A stretch of 55,942 nucleotides of DNA. It comes from Nanobdellati archaeon. GTDB lineage: Archaea > Nanobdellota > Nanobdellia > Woesearchaeales > JAADFO01. A program made the translations under genes and the position numbers. Shown one piece after another: positions 47,891 through 55,942 of this stretch (position 1 is the first letter of the stretch; each line of letters opens with the position of its first letter). The DNA is taken from contig JAADFO010000044.1 of the NCBI GenBank assembly GCA_013152815.1, forward strand, positions 1-55,942, in the 5' to 3' direction. Under the pieces are notes generated by a model. It worked only from the letters and a program-made list of their open reading frames with translations. It ran no database searches and was not told the DNA's origin.

Positions 47891-48583
47891 TCAGCTATGC
47901 TCGACCTTATGGTCCCTCTCGGGCGGAGCGGGTTTATGTTCGAGAGAATCCAATGCTTCCTGGGACGGGGTCACAAGACCGACACCTCTCTTGTTCTTGT
48001 CGATATTGATGACCTTGATCTCGAAGTTCCGGAGAGGTGCGATCTTTGCCATCCTGCCTCGGAGGAGTTTCTGTACCTTGTTGAAGATGATGTCCTTGAA
48101 GACGTTCTCCAGCGTCAGCTTAGAGAAGATCGCCGAGATGAGGTCGGTGGATGACTTCCGAAGTGCAGACTGGGTGGATTTGTTGACCTTGAAACGGGTG
48201 ATGAGAATGAACTTCACACGGACCGTTATGCCGTCGTTGGTCCTGCAGAGGAAGCTATGGTCGACCCGGTCCCTGTTCCGTCTCACGAGCCGCTTGAAAT
48301 GTGCAGGGATGATCTCGTACTTGAAGACCTGGGTCTCTGCTGTGGTACCGACAATCTTGTCTATCTTGAAGGTGATGTTGACATGTTGGCCTCTTGGGTC
48401 GTTGGTGAGGTTCATGAGGTTGACCTTGACGGCCCGACCGGGAAGGTTGCTCGCCTCGAAGGCAGAGGTCTCGCCGATGGATACGGCATTGAAGCCTTTC
48501 GGCGATATGATGGAGAACCAGAGCTTCTTCTTCGCTCTGGAGCTTTTCTTGCCTTTGGATGTCTTCTTAGGATTTGGAGCCAT
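47891..48583 (-). CDS. rps3ae: 30S ribosomal protein eS1 (S3Ae) (start revised from 48943)
   Basis: KKLWFSIISPKGF, GRAVKVNLMNLTND, KRLVRR, KIAPLRNFEI. Confidence 0.93.
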   Translation of the reverse strand: MAPNPKKTSKGKKSSRAKKKLWFSIISPKGFNAVSIGETSAFEASNLPGRAVKVNLMNLTNDPRGQHVNITFKIDKIVGTTAETQVFKYEIIPAHFKRLVRRNRDRVDHSFLCRTNDGITVRVKFILITRFKVNKSTQSALRKSSTDLISAIFSKLTLENVFKDIIFNKVQKLLRGRMAKIAPLRNFEIKVINIDKNKRGVGLVTPSQEALDSLEHKPAPPERDHKVEHS

Positions 48584-48604
48584 ATTCTCGATAGTGGCAG
48601 TGAA

Positions 48605-48621
48605 CCCTTTAAAAAGATTTC
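48605..48621 (-). promoter_or_regulatory. BRE-TATA of rps3ae
   Basis: Minus strand GAAATCTTTTTAAAGGG about 24 bp before ATG 48583. Confidence 0.7.
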
Positions 48622-48630
48622 CATTTGCCC

Positions 48631-48796
48631 GGCTTTGTAGAAAGTTACGCTTACGCGTGGTCAGCATCAGGCTCGGCCACCGCGACGACTCCTGCTTCTG
48701 CCGTTCCAGCCCCGCGGGGGCCCACCCCCGGAACTCTTCCGCTCCTGAGCAGGGTAAGGCCTCGCAAAGGATGCTGACCTCACTTTCTACAAAACC
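48631..48796. mobile_element. MITE-like element, family B, intact copy (166 bp)
   Basis: 15-bp TIR GG(C/T)TTTGTAGAAAGT, inner IR GGTCAGCATC; flanking direct repeat CATTTGCCC (48622-48630, 48797-48805). Confidence 0.92.
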
Positions 48797-48805
48797 CATT
48801 TGCCC

Positions 48806-49030
48806 GGCTATCATGGAACCCTCTGCTTTTTTGCCAGATGCATGACCGTCTGTGCCATCACGGTAAGCATTTCCGAATGAAAGGAGGACGAAGGAGGAAG
48901 ATGATGGCGTGGGCCAGGCGGCATCGACGGGGTTCCCATGCATCTATGCATCGTAGAGGGTCCTCCTCGATGGAGCAGGGCAGGCATCTGGCATCTCTCT
49001 GCAGGAGTTCATACTAGCTGCATACTAGCC
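48806..49030. mobile_element. MITE-like element, family C, diverged copy
   Basis: Aligns by eye to the reverse complement of 29413-29636 (CCTCTGCTTTTTTGCCA.ATGCATGA.CGTCTG.GCCATCA...AGCATTTCCGA.TGAAAGGAGGAC); no clear TSD. Confidence 0.85.
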
Positions 49031-49107
49031 GCAGATACCCTTTAAAGCGCCCTGATTCTCTTTCCCTGAAGTAACCTTTATAAATGGTTCTTGCTTGCTG
49101 AAGGACC

Positions 49108-50463
49108 ATGGTGCTCGACAAGCTCTCGGATTCACTGAAGAACACGCTGAAGAAGATAGCAGGCTCGATGTTCGTCGATGAGAGACTCGTCAATGAGCTC
49201 GTCAAAGACATCCAACGGGCATTGCTCCAGGCAGATGTCAATGTCCAGCTCGTCTTCTCGCTGACGAAGAAGATAAAGGAAAGGGCATTGAAAGAGGATG
49301 CTCCGGCAGGCCTCAGCAAACGTGAATTTCTCATCAACATCGTCTATGAAGAGCTTGTCGCCTTCCTCGGCGGAGAACCCGCCAGGATACAGCCTGACAG
49401 GAAGCCCTATATCATCATGCTCGTCGGTCTTTTCGGTTCAGGGAAGACGACCACCTCGGGAAAACTGGCGAAGTTCTTCACCAAGCGGGGGAAGAAGGTG
49501 GCCCTTCTGGGCCTTGACGTCCATCGGCCTGCAGCCATGGACCAGATCAAACAGGTAGGGGATGCGCTTGGCGTTCCTGTCTTCATCGACAAGACAGGGA
49601 AGGATCCCTCGGCAATATACGACCATCACAAAGAGACGCTCAAAGGCTTTGATGTGGTCATCGTCGATACGGCAGGGAGAGATGCGCTCTCGGAGGACCT
49701 GATAACCGAGATACGCGACCTCACCGAGCTCATCAGGCCGCACCAGAGGTTCCTCGTCATCTCTGCCGACATCGGACAGGCTGCACAGACGCAGGCAGAA
49801 GAATTCCACCGGAGCTGCCAGATAACAGGGGTCATCGCCACCAAGATGGACGGGACGGCCAAGGCAGGAGGCGCACTGACCGCCTGCGCTGCAACGGACA
49901 CCCATATCATCTTCCTGGGAACAGGAGAGAAACCAGACGATCTCGAGGAATTCAACCCCAAGGGGTTTGTCTCACGGTTGCTCGGGATGGGAGACCTGGA
50001 GCTTCTTCTGGAAAAAGCGAAGGATGCCATGGAAGGGCAGGATACGGAATTATTGTCCAAAAAACTCATGAAGGGCGAATTCTCCCTGAGCGACCTCTAT
50101 GAACAGATGGCAGCCATGAGAAAGATGGGGCCGCTCAACAAGATCATGGAGATGGTCCCTGGTTTCGGGCAGATAAAACTCCCCAAGGAGGCGCTTCGTG
50201 TCCAGGAAGGCAAGCTGGACACCTGGAAGATCCTCATGGACTCCATGACCGTCGAGGAGAAAGAACATCCTGACATCATCACGGTCGACCGCATCGACCG
50301 CATCGCCAAAGGATCCGGCAAGAAAGCGTCTGATATCCGGGAGCTTCTCAAACAGTATAGGCAGAGCAAGAAGATGATAAAGATGCTCAAACCCGGGAAG
50401 GCGAAGAACATGGAAGGGATGCTCAGGAAGATGAAAGGGTTCTCCGGCATGAAACTCAAATAG
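49108..50463 (+). CDS. srp54: Signal recognition particle protein SRP54
   Basis: ALLQADVN, GLFGSGKTT, DVHRPAA, DTAGR, TKMDGTAKAGGA, Met-rich M domain. Confidence 0.97.
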   Translation: MVLDKLSDSLKNTLKKIAGSMFVDERLVNELVKDIQRALLQADVNVQLVFSLTKKIKERALKEDAPAGLSKREFLINIVYEELVAFLGGEPARIQPDRKPYIIMLVGLFGSGKTTTSGKLAKFFTKRGKKVALLGLDVHRPAAMDQIKQVGDALGVPVFIDKTGKDPSAIYDHHKETLKGFDVVIVDTAGRDALSEDLITEIRDLTELIRPHQRFLVISADIGQAAQTQAEEFHRSCQITGVIATKMDGTAKAGGALTACAATDTHIIFLGTGEKPDDLEEFNPKGFVSRLLGMGDLELLLEKAKDAMEGQDTELLSKKLMKGEFSLSDLYEQMAAMRKMGPLNKIMEMVPGFGQIKLPKEALRVQEGKLDTWKILMDSMTVEEKEHPDIITVDRIDRIAKGSGKKASDIRELLKQYRQSKKMIKMLKPGKAKNMEGMLRKMKGFSGMKLK

Positions 50464-50567
50464 CGAATGTTTAATAGCGAATGTTTAAAACCCTTCTTTC
50501 CCCTCAATCTCTCTCAGCTCCACCGTCCAGGGGGAGGGGGTAAGATGCTTGCAGAAGGTGACCGACC

Positions 50568-51668
50568 ATGTCCCTCGATTCCGTACAAAGATACCAACTG
50601 AAGAGCTTCGTCAGAAGCCTGAAAGATTATCGTGGCAGACATACCGAGCTGGTGTCGGTCTATATCCCTGCCGGCTATGAGCTGAACAAGATCATCAACC
50701 ACCTGGCCCAGGAACAGGGGACCGCATCCAACATCAAGTCCAGCCAGACAAGGAAGAATGTGCAGGATGCCCTCGAACGCATGATCCAGCATCTCAAGCT
50801 CTACACGAAAACACCGGAGAATGGACTTGCCGTCTTTTCGGGGAACGTCGCCGAGCGGGAAGGCCAGAGTGATGTAGAAGTCTGGAGCATCGAACCGCCG
50901 GTGCCTCTCAAGACCCGTCTCTACCGCTGCGATAAGCAATTCCAGCTCGAACTCCTTTCGGACATGATGGAGATCAAGGAAGTCTATGGTCTCGTGGTCA
51001 TGGACAGGAGAGACGCCCACATAGCCTTGCTCAAGGGAAAGGCCATCATTCCGCTGCTGAGCGCCTCCTCAAATGTCCCGGGGAAGACCCGGGCAGGAGG
51101 CCAGTCGGCAGCCAGATATATGCGGCTGCGGGAAGATGCGGCGAAGGACTTCTACAAGAAGATAGGCGAGATGATGAAAGATCAATACCTTCATCTGGAA
51201 TCGCTCAAAGGCATCATCGTCGGCGGACCAGGTCCCACCAAATACGATTTTGTCGAAGGAGGGTACATCACCGCAGATGTCAAGAACAAGATCATCGCCA
51301 TAAAAGACCTGTCGTACACAGGCGAATTCGGCCTCCAGGAGCTCCTCGACAAGTCCCAGGACGTGCTCGCCAAGGAAGAGGTGGCCGAAGAGAAGAAGAT
51401 CCTCCAGAGATTCCTCTCTGTGCTCGCGACGAAACCAGACCTCATCGCCTATGGCGACGATGCCACCATGAAAGCGTTGACCATGGGAGCTGTCGATATC
51501 CTGCTTCTCAGTGAGAGCCTGGAAGACCCTGTCATCCGCCGCTATGAAGAAGAGGCCGAGAAGGTGGGCACAGACATCCGTATCATCTCGGTGGAGACAC
51601 GGGAAGGCACACAGCTCAGGGAGCTCGGCAAGGTCGGAGCCCTGCTGCGCTATCCTGTCAGGACCTGA
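50568..51668 (+). CDS. prf1: Peptide chain release factor aRF1
   Basis: TASNIKS, YRCD, GGQSAAR. Confidence 0.97.
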   Translation: MSLDSVQRYQLKSFVRSLKDYRGRHTELVSVYIPAGYELNKIINHLAQEQGTASNIKSSQTRKNVQDALERMIQHLKLYTKTPENGLAVFSGNVAEREGQSDVEVWSIEPPVPLKTRLYRCDKQFQLELLSDMMEIKEVYGLVVMDRRDAHIALLKGKAIIPLLSASSNVPGKTRAGGQSAARYMRLREDAAKDFYKKIGEMMKDQYLHLESLKGIIVGGPGPTKYDFVEGGYITADVKNKIIAIKDLSYTGEFGLQELLDKSQDVLAKEEVAEEKKILQRFLSVLATKPDLIAYGDDATMKALTMGAVDILLLSESLEDPVIRRYEEEAEKVGTDIRIISVETREGTQLRELGKVGALLRYPVRT

Positions 51669-51779
51669 CGAAGTACCTGACGATAGCGTCTTTGTTTCAT
51701 GATGCAACCCGCAACTCCCTTCTTTGGAGCTTCATGCTTCCTATCGCGTTCCAACGGAGCATAAACCCGTTGCACCGTT

Positions 51780-51872
51780 GCAGGGCCGGAACGGTAGAAG
51801 CAGCGTCATCGTGGTCATTGCCGTGGCCAGGCCTGATGACGGCCACGCGTCAGCGTGACTTTTCACAGGACC
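51780..51872. mobile_element. MITE-like element, family B, degenerate partial copy
   Basis: GGAACGGTAGAAGCAG...GTGGCCAGGCCTGATG..GCCACGCGTCAGCGTGACTTTTCACAGGACC aligns to the reverse complement of about 48631-48715. Confidence 0.75.
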
Positions 51873-51915
51873 AGGGAACCTAACATTTTTAAATGGCCCG
51901 GACTTCTGGCCGTCC

Positions 51916-53670
51916 ATGCTCCGACAGCCCATCGTCACTGTCGTCGGTCATATCGACCATGGAAAGACTTCGCTCCTCGACAATATCCGGAGGACCGCTC
52001 TTATAGCGGCAGAGGCGGGCGGCATCACCCAATGCATCTCCTGTTCTGCCGTGCCTTTGCCGACCATCAAGAAGATCTGCGGTCCCATGCTCTCGAGCCT
52101 GAAGATGGACTTCACCGTTCCAGGGTTGCTTTTCATCGACACGCCGGGCCATGCCGCCTTCAACAACCTGCGCAAAAGAGGAGGGAATCTCGCCGACATC
52201 GCCATCCTTGTCGTCGACGTCAACGAGGGGTTCATGCCTCAGTCATTGGAATCCATCGAGGTCCTCAAGAGCTACAGGACTCCTTTTATCGTCGCCGCCA
52301 ACAAGATCGATCTGGTTCCCGGATTCCGGGCCGAGGGCAATGATGTGCTTCCTGCAATAAAGAGCCAGCCGGATGCGGTCAGGCAGGAGATCGACAGGAG
52401 GATCTATGGACTGGTGGGCAGCCTCCACGAGAAGGGCTTCCCTTCAGAACGTTTCGACCGTGTCTCTGACTACACCAAAGAGATCGCCATCGTCCCGCTT
52501 TCAGCAAAGACAGGCATGGGGATAAATTCATTGCTCATGGTCCTGATGGGCCTCGCCCAGCGTTTTCTCGAGTCTGACCTGGTCTACGACGCCCATGGCC
52601 CTGCCCGCGGGACCGTCCTGGAGGTGAAAGAGCAGAAAGGTCTCGGTATCACCATGGACGCCATCATCTATGACGGCAGGCTTGCCGTGAATGACACGCT
52701 GATCATCGGCGGGCCCGACCGTCCCATACGGACGAAAGTGCGGGCGTTGTTCGAACCGTCGCCCGAGAAGGACATCACCGACAGGAAAGCCAACTTCTCA
52801 AGCGTCCGGGAAGTCTATGCAGCGACAGGCGTGCGCATCTCTGCTCCTGACATCGACCAGGTGATATCAGGGGTCCCCCTGAGGGTGGCACCGCCGGGCA
52901 AAGAAGAGGAGATCGAGCGTTCGATAAAAAAAGAGGTCGATGAGGTCATGATCGAGACCGAGCATCAGGGTATCGTGGTGAAGGCCGACTCACTGGGCTC
53001 TCTTGAGGCCCTGGTCAATATCCTGAGAGGGAAGGGCTTTCATATCAAACGCGCGTCGGTCGGGAACATCTCGAAGAAGGACATCAATGAGGCGTCCGCA
53101 TCCCTCGAACACCATCCGGAGGACGCGGTCATCCTCGGATTCAATTCCTTCCTTGAACATGATGTGGACCCCGGCATGGTGAAGGTCATATCCGACAGCA
53201 TCATCTATAAGCTGGTGGAATCCCTGGAAGCTTTCCTCTCAGAACAGAAAAAGAGACGGGCTGCCGAGGGTCTGGACAACCTCGTCCGGCCCTGCAAGAT
53301 AGAGGTGCTCAGGGGGTATGTGTTCCGTCAGAACAATCCTGCCGTCTGCGGCGTCGAGGTGCTTGCGGGCACGCTTCGGACGAACACCCCTCTCATGAAA
53401 GACGGCAAGCGGCTCACCCGTGTCAAGAGCATGCAGCTCGAGAAGGAGACGGTGCAGAAAGCAGGACGGGGGAAACAGCTGGCCGTCTCCCTGCCTGATG
53501 TCACCATCGGTCGGCAGATCCAGGAGGGGGACATCCTGCTCAGCGCGATACCTGCCGAGGACTTCAAGAGGCTCAAGGCATTCAAGGACGTGCTCTCTGT
53601 GGAAGAGAAGGGTGTGATGAGAGAGATAGCGGCCATGATGAGGAAGAGCAATCCTGTCTGGGGGATCTGA
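51916..53670 (+). CDS. infB: Translation initiation factor aIF5B (IF2)
   Basis: RQPIVTVVGHIDHGKTSLLD, EAGGITQ, DTPGH, NKID, KADSLGSLEAL. Confidence 0.97.
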   Translation: MLRQPIVTVVGHIDHGKTSLLDNIRRTALIAAEAGGITQCISCSAVPLPTIKKICGPMLSSLKMDFTVPGLLFIDTPGHAAFNNLRKRGGNLADIAILVVDVNEGFMPQSLESIEVLKSYRTPFIVAANKIDLVPGFRAEGNDVLPAIKSQPDAVRQEIDRRIYGLVGSLHEKGFPSERFDRVSDYTKEIAIVPLSAKTGMGINSLLMVLMGLAQRFLESDLVYDAHGPARGTVLEVKEQKGLGITMDAIIYDGRLAVNDTLIIGGPDRPIRTKVRALFEPSPEKDITDRKANFSSVREVYAATGVRISAPDIDQVISGVPLRVAPPGKEEEIERSIKKEVDEVMIETEHQGIVVKADSLGSLEALVNILRGKGFHIKRASVGNISKKDINEASASLEHHPEDAVILGFNSFLEHDVDPGMVKVISDSIIYKLVESLEAFLSEQKKRRAAEGLDNLVRPCKIEVLRGYVFRQNNPAVCGVEVLAGTLRTNTPLMKDGKRLTRVKSMQLEKETVQKAGRGKQLAVSLPDVTIGRQIQEGDILLSAIPAEDFKRLKAFKDVLSVEEKGVMREIAAMMRKSNPVWGI

Positions 53671-53676
53671 GGAAGC

Positions 53677-54144
53677 ATGGTACAAAAGCTCGACCTGCAG
53701 AACAGCCGTGAGATCAAGAAGATAAAGAGGATGCTGGAAGATCAGTTCGGATTCTCCGGCCCCCTCGACTACGCATTCCTGAAGAACCATCAGCAGAAGC
53801 TCTTCATCATCAATCCGGAAGTCTTCAGGCTGAATCTGGACGATCTTCGTGTCGACAAGATAGGGCTCTACTTCGGTGAGGTGAAGGATGACACCCTCCG
53901 TCTGTCCATAGAAGGGAGCCAGCTTGTCGGACCCCATGCATCGAAGAACATCGTCGTGCTCGATGACCCTGCGGTCAGGCAATGGATGGCCGGTGAGACG
54001 GTCGAGCGGGCCATCCCTGGCAATCCCTATGTCCTGATCAGGAACAGCAGAGGCGATTTCCTCGGCTGCGGCAAGGCTTCAAAAAGAGGAATACTCAACT
54101 TCTTCCCGAAGACGCGGCGGATAAGCTTCTCGAGCTCTTCATAG
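53677..54144 (+). CDS. NIP7/PUA-like RNA-binding protein
   Basis: IGLYFGE..LRLSIEGSQLVG, W..GE, LGCG, ILNFFPK. Confidence 0.75.
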   Translation: MVQKLDLQNSREIKKIKRMLEDQFGFSGPLDYAFLKNHQQKLFIINPEVFRLNLDDLRVDKIGLYFGEVKDDTLRLSIEGSQLVGPHASKNIVVLDDPAVRQWMAGETVERAIPGNPYVLIRNSRGDFLGCGKASKRGILNFFPKTRRISFSSSS

Positions 54145-54193
54145 GCACTTAATGTTGGCCTGCTGTCTAGGGCTGTTCCACCGGTTCTTAGAC

Positions 54194-55942
54194 CTAGACC
54201 TTTCCTGCCGGGTCACCTTCCCTTCTTTCTTCCCTTCCTCTTCTTTCTTCTCCTCTTCCTGTTTTCTGGAAGTGGAGGCTGAGCTGGGTGCCTTCCCATG
54301 CATAGCGCACAGCGATATAGGTGGAGATGGCTTGGGCAAAGGGTCCCTGCGCTGTCGGAGGCCTGTTCTGGAAGACGTCGAGGATACGTCCCTTCTCCTG
54401 GGGCGTGAGATATTGGGCAGCATGTCTCGCCCTGATGGTCTGGTCCCGTATCCAGAGCTCCACCGGTCCGAGGATCGTCTGAAGATCATGGTGCTCCTGG
54501 AAATCCACGAGTTCCTGGGGGAACGATGCGTGCTCCAGTGCATAAAGTGCGTCCTGGGCGAAATACTTCTCGACGCTGTCCAACACCCTGGTCATGCTAT
54601 GTGGTTTTTTCGTGATGTCATGCTGCAGGAGCCTGGTGACCAGGTCTCTGGTCCGTGTCTCTTTCATCGCCAGGTGGGGCGCTTCCACCTTCTCATGATA
54701 GAAGCTCAAGGGCGTGTGGATCTGGAGCTCCCGGGGAAGGTTGCCGTCGGGCAGGACGTCCTCGTCCAGGGATATCTTCAGGTCGTAGTAATAATTGCCA
54801 GACTCATAGGTCTTCACTTTCTCGAACCGGTCTTTATGGAACATGCTGTCTGTTGAAAAGTTGTCTGTGGAAAACCCCGTCCCCTGAGGACGCTCTTCTT
54901 CACTCTCCACGACCCGAAGGTCGAAGGAGGCAGGCAGATGCCTGGCATAATCGATGGCATGGAGGAAGGTCGTGTGTCGTGAGATGTGTTCATGGATCCA
55001 CCCCCCGGGAAGATCTGCTGCTGATCCCTGCAACTGGTAGGGTTTCATGGCCCGGAACGCAGCCTCATAGTTCTCCTTGGTCACCAACGAGCTGAAAAGC
55101 TGTCTGATATCATTGCTGAATTCTAGATAGATCTCCTCCTGCAAGTCATTGGTCTCTTTCCCTTCACCGGACGCATAGTTGATGCCGTCGATAAAGAAGA
55201 AGGCGTTCTTGTAGCGCACGATGGCCTTGGGTATTCGGTTGTGTCGGTAGATGTTCGTGGAAAGGAACCGTATCCCTTCCATCTCGCTGTTCTTGAAGTC
55301 TATGTGCGGCGGAAAGTAGGTAGGTATTCCTCGCTTCCGCAGGGCATCATCATTCTTGAACTCAGACAGGATGCTCGCATAGAAGCTGTTCGCCTTCTTC
55401 TCTTCAGAAAGGAGCATGATTGTCCGTGCAAGGGCGCGGCGGGAGCCAGGGGGCAGGATGTCCGGTGCGTCATTATTCGTCCCTGCCTTCGACCCTGTTC
55501 TTTGCTTCCTCTTCGGGTTCCCTGCCTTCTTCCTGTTCGTCCTCTGATGCTCAGAGAAGAGCTTGTATAACGTATCGAAATAGATGCTGACCGGGTAGGT
55601 CTCAGGGATCTCGATATCAAAATGACGTTTGATGGTCACCTTCCGTTCAAGGTTCCATGTGACCTGCATGTCTTTCACGGGGAGTCTGTGGTCGGCGTAG
55701 CGGTTCATAAGATCGTCGAGGACGAGATGGGCGGTATCTGCCTGGATGCCCTTGATCCCCCTGATCCTGTCATGCTCGTCATAGGTCGCAAACTCCAGAC
55801 GATGTTCATTCTCTGGCGAGCGGTATATCCTGAGGATCTTATCCCAGATCCTCTGTTTGTTCTTCTCGAAGTCCCTGAAGAGGTTCTGGAAATTATTCTC
55901 GAAATCGAAGAGGTCATCATAACACAGGAGGATGTTCTGAAG
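54194..55942 (-). CDS. Large hypothetical protein; 5' end lies outside the window
   Basis: The 54194..55708 frame stays open for 78 more codons to the window edge (LQNILLCYDDLFDF...). Confidence 0.8.
   Translation of the reverse strand, partial: LQNILLCYDDLFDFENNFQNLFRDFEKNKQRIWDKILRIYRSPENEHRLEFATYDEHDRIRGIKGIQADTAHLVLDDLMNRYADHRLPVKDMQVTWNLERKVTIKRHFDIEIPETYPVSIYFDTLYKLFSEHQRTNRKKAGNPKRKQRTGSKAGTNNDAPDILPPGSRRALARTIMLLSEEKKANSFYASILSEFKNDDALRKRGIPTYFPPHIDFKNSEMEGIRFLSTNIYRHNRIPKAIVRYKNAFFFIDGINYASGEGKETNDLQEEIYLEFSNDIRQLFSSLVTKENYEAAFRAMKPYQLQGSAADLPGGWIHEHISRHTTFLHAIDYARHLPASFDLRVVESEEERPQGTGFSTDNFSTDSMFHKDRFEKVKTYESGNYYYDLKISLDEDVLPDGNLPRELQIHTPLSFYHEKVEAPHLAMKETRTRDLVTRLLQHDITKKPHSMTRVLDSVEKYFAQDALYALEHASFPQELVDFQEHHDLQTILGPVELWIRDQTIRARHAAQYLTPQEKGRILDVFQNRPPTAQGPFAQAISTYIAVRYAWEGTQLSLHFQKTGRGEERRGREERREGDPAGKV

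Noticed and set aside
47891..48943. Long N-terminal extensions in the ORF track (rps3ae; also pgl 29445, pilin 37112, purD 5111, NOG1 11024, purC 24853)
   Set aside because: They run through promoters, MITEs or neighbouring genes; family-typical starts lie downstream.
48631..49030. Structured region beside srp54 as SRP RNA or another ncRNA gene
   Set aside because: Explained by two repeat elements with TIRs, a TSD and copies elsewhere in the window.
50568..51668. Short aRF1 (366 aa) as a sign of stop-codon reassignment
   Set aside because: NIKS, YxC and GGQ motifs are intact, and TAA, TAG and TGA all terminate conserved genes here.

Overview
Gene-dense archaeal chromosome segment, standard code 11. 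The archaeal informational genes (eS6, eS8, eS1/S3Ae, uL16/L10e, eL15, aIF2-gamma, aIF5B, aRF1, SRP54, class I LysRS) sit beside bacterial-type GlyA, FolD, TpiA and ThrRS and about ten class III signal-peptide pilin-like genes. This mix points to a DPANN archaeon, most likely Woesearchaeota (inference). The window holds two purine/folate clusters, sugar-phosphate enzymes, a type IV pilus locus (pilins, 74-aa-repeat helical protein, ATPase, two TadC-like proteins) and a full-length PolB whose catalytic motifs are degenerate. The main unannotated signal is intergenic: seven copies of three families of non-autonomous MITE-like elements (GG-initiated terminal inverted repeats, 8-9 bp target duplications). 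Six copies end 14-17 bp upstream of a TATA box, and one promoter appears to have been hit twice at the same position. Other points of interest are a doubly frameshifted major pilin with an AT-rich core, a likely ATC-initiated lipoprotein, and short direct duplications clustered at stop codons. No tRNA, rRNA, CRISPR array, transposase or reverse transcriptase was recognised.
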